From Marsupella aquatica (lineage: Eukaryota; Plantae; Marchantiophyta), in the NCBI GenBank assembly GCA_973895155.1, contig OZ316896.1, positions 11,732,830 to 11,796,829 on the forward strand: DNA of 64,000 nt. The letters are read 5' to 3'. Of this stretch, positions 50,300-62,670 are shown in pieces (position 1 is the stretch's first letter; each line of letters opens with the position of its first letter). The notes below the pieces were generated by a model, which had not been told where the DNA came from, did not search any database, and saw only the letters and a program-made list of their open reading frames with translations. A program made the position numbers and the translations under genes.

Positions 50300-52007
50300 A
50301 TCCTATAATCTTGATATATTCTGATTTTTGGTTTTCCATCAGGTCCAGGTTTCTTTGGTACAATCACTAGTGGAGACACCCACTCACTAGTCATAACTGG
50401 ATAGATGAAACCAGCATCAAGAAGCCTATCAGTCTCTTCCTTCACCATTAGTGAGTATCTAGGGTTCATCCTATATTGCCTTTGCCTGATTGCCTTAGCT
50501 CCAAGCATCAAATCAATCTTCAGTTCACCAAGTTCAGGGTTGACTCCTGTGATATCTCGATGACTCCAAGCAAAGACATCCATGTACTCAGCTAGCAACT
50601 GTTGCATAGATCTCTCTTCATGCAATTTAAGAGCATATCCAACGTTGAAAGGCTTACCATCCTCAAGTAATATTTTTCTGTATTGCTCTGGTTGGATGGC
50701 CTGCATCTTGTTCCTCAAGGTAGGGTCCAAACCCTCATCCAAGGTAGCTAACCGAGATGCTCCGTAGACAGGTGTGTTCTCCTTTATCTGGGCAGATCTC
50801 TTGGGCTGGTCTGCCTTGCTGGTTGAACCTGAAATCTTCTCCTCTAGGCTTGCTTGTTGGCTGGTTTCTGTAGTCTTGTTGGGTTTGACGTCGGGAAAAA
50901 CTTGCTCCTCTTCCAAGGTAGCTATAAAATCCAGCAAGAAGACTTCATCCTCATCTGAGTCCAGCTCACTTGTGAAATCAGAATCGTACTCTTCCTTCAT
51001 GTCAGTGGTCTCTCCTTCATACTTCACATGTTCCCAAGGCACCACAGTTGGTTTCTTGCCAAACCGGAACTCTTTCCTTCCCCAATCAGTAGTTACCTTT
51101 GCACCATAGAGCCATGGTCTCCCAATCAGCACTGGATAAGTGGAAGGTCTTGCTGGTTTCATCACTAAATAGTTGAGCAAGAACTCCTTACCACCAATCA
51201 GAGTTGGGATATTGGTCAGAGTACCCACTAGTACCACCCTTGCACCATTTGCAAGCCGCATGGTTCTGACTGTTGGTTGAAGTTGAGTGAACCCAAGCTG
51301 ATGTGCCGTAGATTCAATCATGATGTTCACCCCGGAACCTCCATCAACTGGCACATAGGAGAGAGCACACCCATTGATTTGAATGTCTATCTCGGGAGCT
51401 CCGTGATCTTCACAAACCATCATCACATCCGCTGGAGTCCCCACCCTTGGAAGTTTTCTTCTTTTCTTACCAACCAACATCTCCTTCAACTGTCTTCTAT
51501 ACAAGGGGTTGTCCTTGATCAGCTGCCCAACAGTAGCAGTGACAGGGCAGTCCTTGACATCCTTCTTGATGTCATAGGGAATGGCCTCTTTCGTAGTCTT
51601 CAACTCCACTTGGATTCCAGCAGCCTCAACTAGTGCTTGATGCTTGAGTTTTTCAACATCTTTGTTGAGAGCCTCCTGATTTTCCAAAGCCTCCATCTCA
51701 TCTAGTTGCTTCCGGACCTCTCTCATCTACCTTGGGATAAAAGAGCTTGGGATGATCTCTCTTGTAATCGCTATCACTTTGAGCCAAAGGCTGGACTTCT
51801 CTTCGCTTTCCTCCTGAGCTCCTTGACCAGCTCCTTCTCCTTGCTCTTCCCTCTTTTGTTGGTGGATCTAGTGGAGACTTTGTAGCAATGGGCTTCTTTG
51901 GTAGGGGTCTCCATTCTGGCCAGCTCCTCCAAGAATTCCCAACTACTAGAAGGATCTACCTTCTCACCTTCTGTCTGCCACTCCATGGAGATATAATTCA
52001 CTCCCAT
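50300..52007 (-). pseudogene. Gypsy protease and RT N-terminus
   Basis: VPVDGGSGVNIM protease motif, VLIGRPWL, DVFAW, WVSPLVIVPKK...QDYR. Confidence 0.9.
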
Positions 52008-52024
52008 CTCACCGGGAGGCTTTG

Positions 52025-52305
52025 CACCGTGTCAGGAAACAGGAAAATGATTTCCTGTTATGAGCAAAATTTTACTGTTATGAGCAAAAATGAGATATAA
52101 AAAATTTCTCATTAAAACTCAAAATTTTCAAAATATTTTTAAAAACGATCATTTTTGGCTAGCGCCAGGCGCTACTATTACTAGCTTGGGGCGCTAGTAA
52201 AAAAATGTCAAAAATACAAACAAACAAACAAAAAATTCAAAAAAATCTCATCCATTTTGCTGTTTACTGTTTACTATTTCTTTTTTAATGTTTCCTAGCA
52301 CGGTG
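52025..52305. mobile_element. 281-bp MITE-like insertion between gag and protease
   Basis: Imperfect 17-bp TIR CACCGTGTCAGGAAACA / (rev-comp) CACCGTGCTAGGAAACA; AT-rich interior; no clear TSD. Confidence 0.7.
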
Positions 52306-53559
52306 GTTATACTCACCGGGTGCTTGGCCAATAGAAGGTTGAGGACCTTCCTGCCTAGTAACAAAAACCTTAGAAGCTGTGGCAATAGGACGGGCAGCGG
52401 TAGTGTGCCCTTCCTTCTTACATACCGAACACAGAAGAGGTACCGCTCCGTAACCTTGCTTCCTTGGTTCCGGGCAGTTATTGGCATAATGTCCACCCTT
52501 GTTACAGTTGAAACAAATCACCATAGCTCTATTAGAACCTCCTCCCATAGCTCCTCCAAATTCTACAGGCCTCGGTTGAATTCCAGGCGCAAGTTGAGAA
52601 CCCATTGGAGGTGCTAGCCTCCCTTGAAGGTTCCTTGGACCCGCAGAAATCTAGTACACATAATCCGGCGCTTCCTCATAGAAGAACTCCAAGACTTCAG
52701 CTTGTGGAGCACCATACTGGGGTCCAACTTGTCTTGACTGATCAAGGGACTCTTCTAACACATACTGGACCTGAGCTTGCCAGTTTGGACACTCTGATGG
52801 AATATGTCCAAATTGCTTGCACTTTACGCACCATACATGCGCACAATTCACTGGCACTTTTCTGCGATCAGGTGGCATACCAGCAAAGTGAACTGAAAGG
52901 GCTTTGAGCTGATTGGTAATCTCGTCCATCTTGGTATCAAGGACCCTCTTCTCCTTGTATGGCATAGAGCTTGCACCAGCAGTTTTGAGAGTTGTCGCCT
53001 TCTTGTCACTCTTGCTTGTCTTGCTGTCAGAAGACCGCTTCTTCTTCTTGACTGTGTTTTTCTTCTTCCCATTCTTTCTAGACTTCTTCCCTTCCTCTGA
53101 TTCTGAATCTGAATCAGAGCTTGAATCTGAGTTTGAATCAGAGCTCTCTTCTTTTGAACTAGAGCTGCTAGAACTCTTTGAAGAACTTGAATCATACTTC
53201 TTCTTCCTCCTACTCTTGGAGCTTGAGATATCAGCGCTCCGGTAAGATTGAGCTACCTCTACACCTTGATCCAAGGTAGTAGGATGAGCTTGCCTTATCG
53301 AGACTCCCATCTTCTTAGGTAGAGAGGACACAAACCATCTCATCAACATAGAGTCATCTGGAGCTAGATCTATCTTTCTGGCAACTCTTTGGAACTTCTG
53401 TAGAAAACTTTGAACTGATTCTTCACTTGACATTCTCAGCCGGCCAATCTTGATAAGAGCTTCACTCTCCTCTCCCACCTTCCAAAACTCTTGTAGAAAA
53501 GCAACTCTAAACAAATTCCAATCAGCCTTTGTCACAGCAGGCAGCCCTTTGTACCATGG
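52306..53559 (-). pseudogene. Gypsy gag with CCHC zinc knuckles, 5' truncated
   Basis: WNLFRVAFLQEF...ESVQSFLQKF retrotransposon gag motif; CVKCKQFGHIPSEC and CFNCNKGGHYANNC. Confidence 0.88.
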
Positions 53560-53757
53560 CCTATCTAATCCACTAATCCACTATTAAGTTAACCGTGGTT
53601 TAAACTAATGAAACTTTCTTACTCTGCTTTACTGAAGAGAGTTTACTTCAATTTCACTTCTACTTCCCACTCATTTACAGGCATAATATGCTTACTTAGA
53701 ACAAAAAATTAAAAATCTAACATAAACTAATTTAACCCACTAATTGAGCGGCTCACA
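53560..53757 (-). repeat. Remnant of 5' LTR (~200 bp)
   Basis: Near-identical to 46205-46402; joins directly to gag sequence. Confidence 0.9.
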
Positions 53758-56427
53758 ATGGTGACAGGAAGATTTTATTCTTCTACTCAAAACATGGGAT
53801 ATGAGGAGAGCTCAGGCATTGAGGAAACGAAAGTAGTTTTGTTGAAGCAAATTCTGGAGAAGGAACATCATATTACATGAACGTACTAGTGTGATGAAGG
53901 AGGGTTTGGATTAAAAACGGTCGGGAATGATAACACTGTGAGACATTGACATGGAAAAGAAATAGCATAATAGAACTGAGCAAAATACAAAGCTTAAGGC
54001 ACAATTTAAACCAAAGAACAAACACTGACCATAAATAGTGATGGACCGGATTATTTGAAATAGAAAAAAAGGGTTTTAGCTCTCTTACCAAGGGCCTAAA
54101 GGAGAGATGAACTTTTATGGAGTTAAGAGATTCTAGTTAGAAGTATGGATTACTTGCACCTATTTGGATATAATGTTTTGGAGCTCTAGTAAGGTAAAGG
54201 AAGTAAAAAAATGTTTTCTTTTAGTGAGTGGAATTCAATGATTGGAACGATATTTAAGTTAGGAACTGTCAATTGCTATGGGTTTTAAAGCTTCTAGTCA
54301 AAGATTCTTTCTGCTATGGGATTGGAAGATCTAGGAATTCGGACAAAGAGAGGACGAGAGGAAGAGACTTGGGAAGAGAAAAAGAGAAACGAGGATGAGA
54401 AGGAAGAGATTAAAACTATGTTTGAAGTGCCTGGGAGAGATCATTGACAATCTTGAGACCATGACCTGATCGACCTGATCCAATGACCTGATATGAAATG
54501 AACATGGAACTCTTGAGCTAGAGATCAGACAGCCAATGAAAATGTTTTGTAACTTCAAACCTAAGTTTCAATTTTAATAAAAAATAAATTAAGATGTTTG
54601 AAGTAATTTTGTCGTGATTACATTGAGTTGTAAATGGGTGAAGATGATGTTTGAGTAAAATTTATGATTGCATTGGATAGTAGATGAATGAAAGTGATGT
54701 TTGAGTGTTTTTGATCACAATAGATTAACGCTAATTTGATTTTGAAAATAAGATCCAAAATGAGTTAAATGAGGTTTAAATAATTCACTAAATCATAACG
54801 AAAGAGTATGGTCCCTAAAACATAGTTCAAGATAAGTTTCACTTCATTTTTAACTGATCCTTTGATAACAAGATAACATATTATAGTAATTAGATGGGTT
54901 TCCAAAATTGGACCGGACTAGCATCCACTACATGGGCCCTGGCACCACATATGTATACAGACCCTACAACAAGGAGGGACATATTTAAAATCGTCTACTA
55001 GGCTACCTTATGAGACTATGCTAGTCTGTACTTCTCAAGAAAATTTGAATGAATATAAAGGGAGTTGGCAACAACCGGAACAACACGTACATAGTTTAGG
55101 TACTTACATAAGGGGAGAAACAACACTGCTCTATTGGAGAAATTTTTGAAAGTCGAGATTGTTATTTGCTTCCATCTTCTATTGCACTCAATCTCTAGCC
55201 TTGAAACATGGAGTATACAGAGATTTCTCAACGACACATTAATTTTGACTTTCCTCTTTCTCCTCAATCATCTATGGAAATGCATGACCTGAATTCTAGC
55301 CTTTTCAATTCACTTTAATCTTGCACAAATTTTTAGTGTCATAGAGCTCCAAATATAGTAGGTTTTTATTCCTCCACTTTATGTTCAACCAACAGCTCTA
55401 ACACAAGGTAAAATGTCACAAATACTGTCACACAAAGTTCAATGTCAAGATTTTCCAAGGACAACAATAAAGAATTAAAGTATTATAATTATGCAAAAAT
55501 TCTTGATTACATTGAGATTCCTTAGCACTTTGATGCACTCCATGGATCAGACAAGAAAATAATGATATATAAGGGCAAAGTATTATAACAAGAAGATTGC
55601 TATTTCATCTAGGTGATAATCTTGGTTCAAATTAGATTTTCAACTATGAATGAGACCAATTTTGGCAAGCAATACGGTAGATCTTAGAAGATGTACCAAA
55701 AGGCATTGGTAGTGAAGAATCAGACAAAGGTGGATTGACTGAGGAATAAATTCTTATTGGAGTCACTATTAAGGGAAATTGGACAAGATGTGTCCATATT
55801 TTGATTGAATGTGAATGAGCCAACATGGTTTCGTTACAAATTTTTGTAATTCTGGAATTACAATCATCGTATGATCATGATGATGTAAACAATAAAAATA
55901 GTTATTATAAAATGATACAACAAATGTTTTTCACCTATATCATGACTCATAATCTCATCCTAGTCCCTTAAAAATTATATTATTCAATTGCTCAAAATTA
56001 AATATATTTTTTATTTTGCGTATATTTCTTCATATACAAGTTTTTTTTGTTTTTGTGGAGTGAATACATTGAATGGGATTCAATACACAGGTTGTGGACC
56101 AAAAAACAGTACCAGTCACTTCCAAAAATGAGCGTCCATTGGCAGAAAGGAACTCCAAGCAAGCAGACTTGAAAGATGTAGGTTTCCTGACTTCCTCAGG
56201 CAGTGACGATCCCTTGACTCTGCACTATATTACAGAAATCTGCTAAAGAACCTCGGTCTAACTGAATGAACCAAGCCAACTCAAACAAATTCTCTTCTTT
56301 GTTATAGAACAGGACAAGAGAGCATCTGACTAACTGCAATGTCTTCAGCACACTTTGCAGATAAAATAAGCCAATCCCACATGATTGCTCCATAATAAAT
56401 CTGTTGGATACCGAAATGGTTCTCTGG

Positions 56428-57549
56428 TTATAGCAAATCTCTACTCTTGCCTTTCTTGGCTGCCTGAAGAAGCCTTTTGCTTCGACTTACTGCTTTTTTT
56501 CTGACAGCTGCATCAGCACCCTTCAACATCAGTAACCCAAGTTTACCCAATTGCCAAAAATCATCTGAAAAGCTGGTTTTCAAAGTGACCTCATAAAATC
56601 TGATCTGAAGCTCCCTTCCTGTCTTGTCTTCGGATTGAGAATCAAAAGAATGAGAAATATAAGTTCTCTCAAACCGTTGCTTTCCAATAGAAGCAAATTC
56701 ACTTAGAGTCTCCATAACATTTGCTGGCTCTTTCATCTGGTTAATGATATCTATAATTGAAGCATCAAATTCAGGAGAATTTTCATATTTTTCCACAAAT
56801 GCATCTAAAGCCTCCTCAACTACTGCCAGAAATAACGCTTTTGCAGCATCAGCCAATTCCTGTGCAGTCTTCACATCTTCACTTTCCTCAGTGGTTTCAC
56901 ACAAGAGATCTTCTGAAAGTCTGTGTAAGCTGTAAGCAGAAATCCCAAAAGGATAGATAGTCACCCAATTCTGAACAGTAGCTCCCTGTCCATGCCCCAA
57001 ATCTTTGGCTGCTTCCAAAACTACATCCGCAAATTGTAAAACAACTTCTTTGTAATCACTTGTTCCAGCACAAGATCTAAAAACCTCTGTGAAATCATTT
57101 TCCAATAGCTTATAAGCTTCCACACACACCAGAGTGCGCGACCAATGCAATGAAAGCTCATTCTGAACATACAAGCTTTCCCACGCCACACCTTCACCAA
57201 CCACCATGGCATCCCTAGAACCAATTTCAACGTTGGTGACTACCCTCTCAGTTTGAGACAGACATCTGACAGTAGTCTCAGCTGTTACCTGAGGATCATG
57301 GGACATAAATTCCATCCCATCAAATGCCATGGGTATGAGAAATGTACCAATCTTTCTTTTCACATTCCGAGCAGTAACATCTTCTTCATGGGATGTGCAA
57401 CCTTTAGAGGACAACATCTTGTGCCAATTTGTCCTTTGCCACAATTGCCTTAGGTCACTAAAGCATTCTGGTCCTCTTACTTCGAGCAAAAAAGTTGAAA
57501 ATGCCAGGCATTCACAACAGCAAAAACTGCAACAATCCACCCTCCACAC
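56428..57549 (-). CDS. Unknown 373-aa (probably ~330-aa) acidic helical protein
   Basis: Long intact ORF with protein-like composition; no recognisable motif; start uncertain (MLSSKG at ~57417). Confidence 0.5.
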   Translation of the reverse strand: MWRVDCCSFCCCECLAFSTFLLEVRGPECFSDLRQLWQRTNWHKMLSSKGCTSHEEDVTARNVKRKIGTFLIPMAFDGMEFMSHDPQVTAETTVRCLSQTERVVTNVEIGSRDAMVVGEGVAWESLYVQNELSLHWSRTLVCVEAYKLLENDFTEVFRSCAGTSDYKEVVLQFADVVLEAAKDLGHGQGATVQNWVTIYPFGISAYSLHRLSEDLLCETTEESEDVKTAQELADAAKALFLAVVEEALDAFVEKYENSPEFDASIIDIINQMKEPANVMETLSEFASIGKQRFERTYISHSFDSQSEDKTGRELQIRFYEVTLKTSFSDDFWQLGKLGLLMLKGADAAVRKKAVSRSKRLLQAAKKGKSRDLL

Positions 57550-57625
57550 GAACTGCGGGTGATCTTTGAGAGAAAGCTATGACTTCCGCCTTCCGAGATA
57601 CTGCAACTAAACATCCAAACCCAAG

Positions 57626-58291
57626 TGCGCGCTGCAACACAACTTGTAGTCAGCGCACTGTCGCCCACCTCAGTGCCTCGAGCTGGCGACAACCTCAAGG
57701 TCTCACCCAAGCCCCGCACCTTCCGCGCACTCGACGAACAAGACAGAAAGAACAAAATACTGTGAGCGGCCTCGGGTTGATCGTCTCCACACTGCGGCTG
57801 ATCTTTCAGAGAAAGCTATACTTCCAACGTCCCAGGTGCTGCAACCAAACGGCCAAACCCAGGAGCGCGCTGCTTGTAGTCAGTGCACTCTCGCCCCCCT
57901 CAGTGCCTCAAGCTGGTGACAACCTCAAGGTCTCACCCAAGCCCTGCACCTTCCCCGCACTCGACGAACAAGACAGAAAGAACGAAATACTGTGAGCGGC
58001 GTCCGGTTGATTGTCTCCACACTGCGGCTGATCTTTCAGAGAAAGCTATACTTCCAACGTCCCAGGTGCTGCAACCAAACGGCCAAACCCAGGAGCGCGC
58101 TGCTTGTAGCTAGCCAGCGCACTCTCGGCCCGCCTCAGTGCCTCGAGCTATGGACAACCTCAAGGTCTCACGCAAGCCCCGCACCTTCCCCGCACTCGAC
58201 GAACAAGACAGAAAGAACGAAATACTGTGAGCGGCGTCCGGTTGATCATCTCCGCACGACTGATCTTTCAGAGAAAGCTATACTTCCAACG
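57626..58291. repeat. 230-bp GC-rich tandem repeat x~2.9
   Basis: cttgtag..cagcgcact...acaacctcaaggtctcac...gacgaacaagacagaaagaac...gatctttcagagaaagctatacttccaacgt recurs at ~57643, 57873 and 58103. Confidence 0.92.
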
Positions 58292-58299
58292 TTTACAAG

Positions 58300-60100
58300 T
58301 TTTTTTTATAACCTCTTATTCACATTAATACATATTATATGATATGTTATCATTTTTTAAAAATTATCTCCTTGCAAAAATGAAAAAAGATATGAATTTT
58401 TAATAACCATTGGATCTATGAGATAAATAATTAATTCCTTGATTCATAAAAGAAAGTTAAAAAACCATATACACAATAATTTGAAAAATTCAAAAATTTA
58501 CACATATGAGGACAAACCAACATTTTAAAATTTATGATAATTTTTTTAAAAATATTCTGAAATATTAATTAAAAATAATACATAAATAAAGTATTATATA
58601 ATAATCAAGAGATATGAAATATAATAATTTATTAATTATGGAAATTCTGAATAAATTTTAAGATCTCTTATAATAAAAATTAATTTTATTTTTTATAATT
58701 ATGTTTTATTTTTTAATGAAAATAATAAATAAATAATAGTTAATTATTTATAATAATTACGAATTATATTTAATTCTAATCATTTGATTTATTTTAGGTT
58801 TTTAATTTTTTTTTAAATATATATAATTAAATTCAAAAGATTAATATGATTCTCTAAAAAATTATTCATTTTATAGTATATATAATTGTAAGGTCTAATT
58901 AGTATGAATAATAAATTTAATATATATATTTTTATCAATTATTTCAATAATGAATTTTCAATTAGTGTTTTGTTCTTTAAAACTTTGGATAAATTTTTCC
59001 AAGGAAAACTTTGGATAATTTTATTTCGATTATAATTATTAATATATCATCTAATAACTTTTTAGGTTCATCAATACATGAAGTATATTAGATTTTAAAA
59101 TTCTTTACATAAAAAATAATAGGTTATGAAAATTAAAATTAATTTAGTTGTATTTTTATAGATTGAAATATAATTAAATAAACACTTAATACTTATGAAA
59201 TATTTGTTAAATATTAAAGAAATAATATTTTTTAATATAAATTATTTATCTAAAAATTTAGAATGTAAATATTATTTATATCTTTATAAGAAAATAAAAT
59301 CAATAAAAATATATATATATAAATTTATGATAATTTCATGAGTTTGAATATATTTCAAATCATGACAAAGATGATTTAGATTTAAAATATAATTTAAATA
59401 TATTTTTAGTTGATATATAAATTTTAATTTTAATTTTGAATAAAATGTGTACTATTTTTAATCTATTTTAATTCTGTATAGTCTTGGATTTAACACTAGT
59501 TATAAATTTTTTATTCTTCCAAGTATTGGTTTATCTTGATCCAAATAATTAAAAACTTAAAATTATATTCACAAACCTATAAATATATCATAAATGAACT
59601 ACAAATAAAATAAATAATACATATTTATCTATAAAAGATTTATGAGTTAATCAAATTATTATGATTTCTCATTGTTGAGAAAATTTTATTTAAATTTTAA
59701 GATTACAAGAAAAAAATTTTATTGTTCAATTATCGTCAATGATTGGATATTGACAATAAATTTTGAATCTTTAAAAGGATCACCAAAATTGATCTTTGTA
59801 ACTCTCTTGCAAAATTTGTTAAATTTCAGAGATTGTTCTTAGAATGTTGGGATTTAATTTATAATTTTTATAATTTTTATAATTTTTATAATTAAATATA
59901 TAAAACGATTTCTTTCAAATTCAAATATACTCTTTAAAATTGATTATCTAGAAAAAATCAAAAATTGTAGTGTCATATGCATAAATTTTATGAATGATAT
60001 TGTTGGGCACACAGGTTTAGAATCAAAATTAATTATTAAATCTCCAAGTCAATCCAATTTAACTAAAGAATTGAAATTTTTTATATTCCATGACATCACT
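58300..60100. other. Extremely AT-rich, ORF-free tract
   Basis: Visibly almost all A/T; no ORF in the supplied track. Confidence 0.8.
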
Positions 60101-61644
60101 CTAACGTGTTAATTGTATTTCATAATTAAATTCTCACTTACGTTTTGAGGTTGGATTGTTTGAGAGAACCGATGATCATATACATCATAGAATTTTTTTT
60201 TAAATCAATGAAAACATGTAATTATTGTAGGCATGTAAGTTTGAAGTTTGCATTTGGTTTGGTGATGCATTGAGAAAACCTCAAGATCATTGTGAGGTTT
60301 AGAGTTATCACTAATTATAAAATCCAAATTTATCAAAATTTAGTGAATTCACTCTTCATTAAATATTTTCTTGTAATTATTTGACACACTGCAAAAACAA
60401 AATTGGGTTGACATGTTTAGAAACTAGAAGGAGATATGAACTACCAATTTGATGAGGAAAATGATCAAAGATTACGTGAGTTCAAAACCTTGGAAGACTA
60501 ATCTAATATTTATTCTAATGGATGAGTCTAAAGAAGTTTGATAAAAATATTTGAGGGAAGAAACATTCAAGACACTAAAGATTCTATAAACTCTTGTTTG
60601 GTAGGGAAAACCATAAGTTTATCATTTTGAGAACAACAAACAATACTGTTTTTGCTCTTGGAATTGTTGTACATACTAGGGGGTTATTCTATGATCTGTT
60701 CGAGATCTTGGAACATCAAATCTTGTAGAAACAAAGTGAAATGACTATTCATTAGTAATACATTTAAAAATATTTTTAGGCTTACATTAATGTTTCAAAA
60801 TCATCTCTCATGATAGCGTTGTCGTGCCAAAACATTTCAGCAATGGAATGTCCCTTTATAGTGGCTGATGGGCGAGCCATTGCTAGTCAGTCGCGGGTAT
60901 GCTGACTCAAACAGGTTGCTCATTTGGTGTTTGGGTGAGCCTTGCTGGTGGCAACTGGTTGGGGCGAGAATGATATTTCCATATGCTACTTAAGGCTTGA
61001 GCTGCGGTTCATTGGGTTTATGTGAGTTTGGTTGTTGGTTCGGCTATTATGTTTGATGTTTCGTTATTCGTTGCTCGCTGCGGGTTTTGGATTTGATGGC
61101 GGTTTTGAGCTTTGAGTCTTGGGCCTTCGAGCATCGGTCTGACTGATTTATTGAGATATGTATTAAAATGTCGTCAGGGTTTGATTGTCAGCGATACGCA
61201 ATTCAAATCAAACTCTAATACAAATGCCAAAGTAAAACAACGGTACTATGATACTCTGAAGATGGAATTTTACTCCTTGAATTCAAACATCTATCCTCGA
61301 ATTAGCTAACAAATCTTGACACAGCAAGCAAACTTAGTGGTGAAATTCGATAAGAATCTCAAAAGGTTGTGATTAAAAATTCAGTCACGAGAAAGAATCT
61401 TCTAAATTTATTCACAATTAATAACACATGCTTTACTTCCATACAAGACATCCTTGTTAAAATAGAAGGTAGAAAATTAATCAAAATCTCTTTCTAAATA
61501 AAGTTTGTCCCCCCAGTGATGGATAAATCGAGGGGTCTTATAGGTGTAAACTTCTAACAAAAGGAAACTGAAGGGGTACAACTTTTCAAATCTCAAACAC
61601 CCAAAAGGGTAGTCTCTGAAAAGATGAAGTGAGTGTAAAAAATG

Positions 61645-62670
61645 CAATGGACGCTTCAAAAAGCGTCATGTTTGAAGCGGACGCTTTACAAAGCGTGACT
61701 GTTTTTGGTAAAATAAATAATTAATGACTTTGTCGGAATTTTAACTTCTAAACCAAAAGTCAGAATGAAGTGAAACTTTTCTAGTATACTCTACTACATA
61801 TCATCTTTATGCTGGCAAAGTTTCAGACTTGTCTAAGATCTTTAAGTGCTTCAAATAAATCGGTAAAAGTGTCACAATGTTCTTAGAAATGGAAAACCGA
61901 AATTTTTTCTAAGTGTCACAAATTTGGTGGACGCTTCACGAGGCGTCCAAAATACAAAGGAACTTTTGTGGATGCTTCAGAAAGAGTCCAAAATTTGCAT
62001 GTCTTTGGTAGTGTCTATTTCGACCTTCGGGTGGACGCTTCATGAGGCGTTCGGGCCTGTGGCGGACGCTTTAGTCAGCGTCAATGTTGATGTCGCCTTC
62101 GGGGTAGCGGACAATTTGCTGTCGTGCCAACTCTAACTTTTTCACTTTTTGGAAGTCATTTATGGGGAAGGAAAATGGCAGAGACGGTTCCCTTGCAATG
62201 GCAGATGCGGCAAGCAAGAATAAGGAGCCAAAGCTATTAAACTTGTCAGGCGCCGAGTCTTCCAAGTACTCAGGAGGATACTTTAGAAGTTGATGTTGCG
62301 TTAAAACGCGTCACGTCTCTCTGGCTTCTCATGTGGACGCTTTAAGAAGCGTCGTGTTTTGCTGGCGTCAAGTATGGACGCTTTCGGCAGCGTCGAAGTT
62401 TTCCTTCACTTGGGATTGGGGATGCTTCAGTTAGCGCTTGTATTGTGGTGCGCACTTCGTGAAGCATCAGATCCCATTATCATCAAACACGGATGCTTTG
62501 TAAAGCGTCGAGCCTATTTTTACTTCGGAGCCAGGACACTGAAGTTGGCGTCTATCTCATGGTGGACGCTTCGCGAAGCGTCTTGGCTTGAGTTGCATCC
62601 TCAGCAGGAATTACTTGAAATAGAGTAACTAGAGGCAAACACCTCATGAAGCGTCAGAATAGTGGGGACG
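61645..62670. repeat. Cluster of GACGCTT/AAGCGTC motifs, possible subterminal region of another DNA transposon
   Basis: More than 10 copies in both orientations, often as ggacgctt...aagcgtc hairpins; no terminus identified. Confidence 0.5.

Larger units (their letters stand above)
42762..53757 (-). mobile_element. Ty3/gypsy LTR retrotransposon (Athila/Tat-like), 5' LTR mostly deleted
   Basis: TSD ATGGT at 42757-42761 and 53758-53762; TG...CA termini; gag-PR-RT-RH-INT order; polypurine tract AGACGGGGGCTA (-) at ~46403-46414. Confidence 0.92.

Noticed and set aside
48849-50300. Helitron (A|TC...CTAG|T on the minus strand)
   Set aside because: The ends are inverted repeats with a CACTAG terminus and subterminal repeats on both sides, favouring CACTA. 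A Helitron is not fully excluded.
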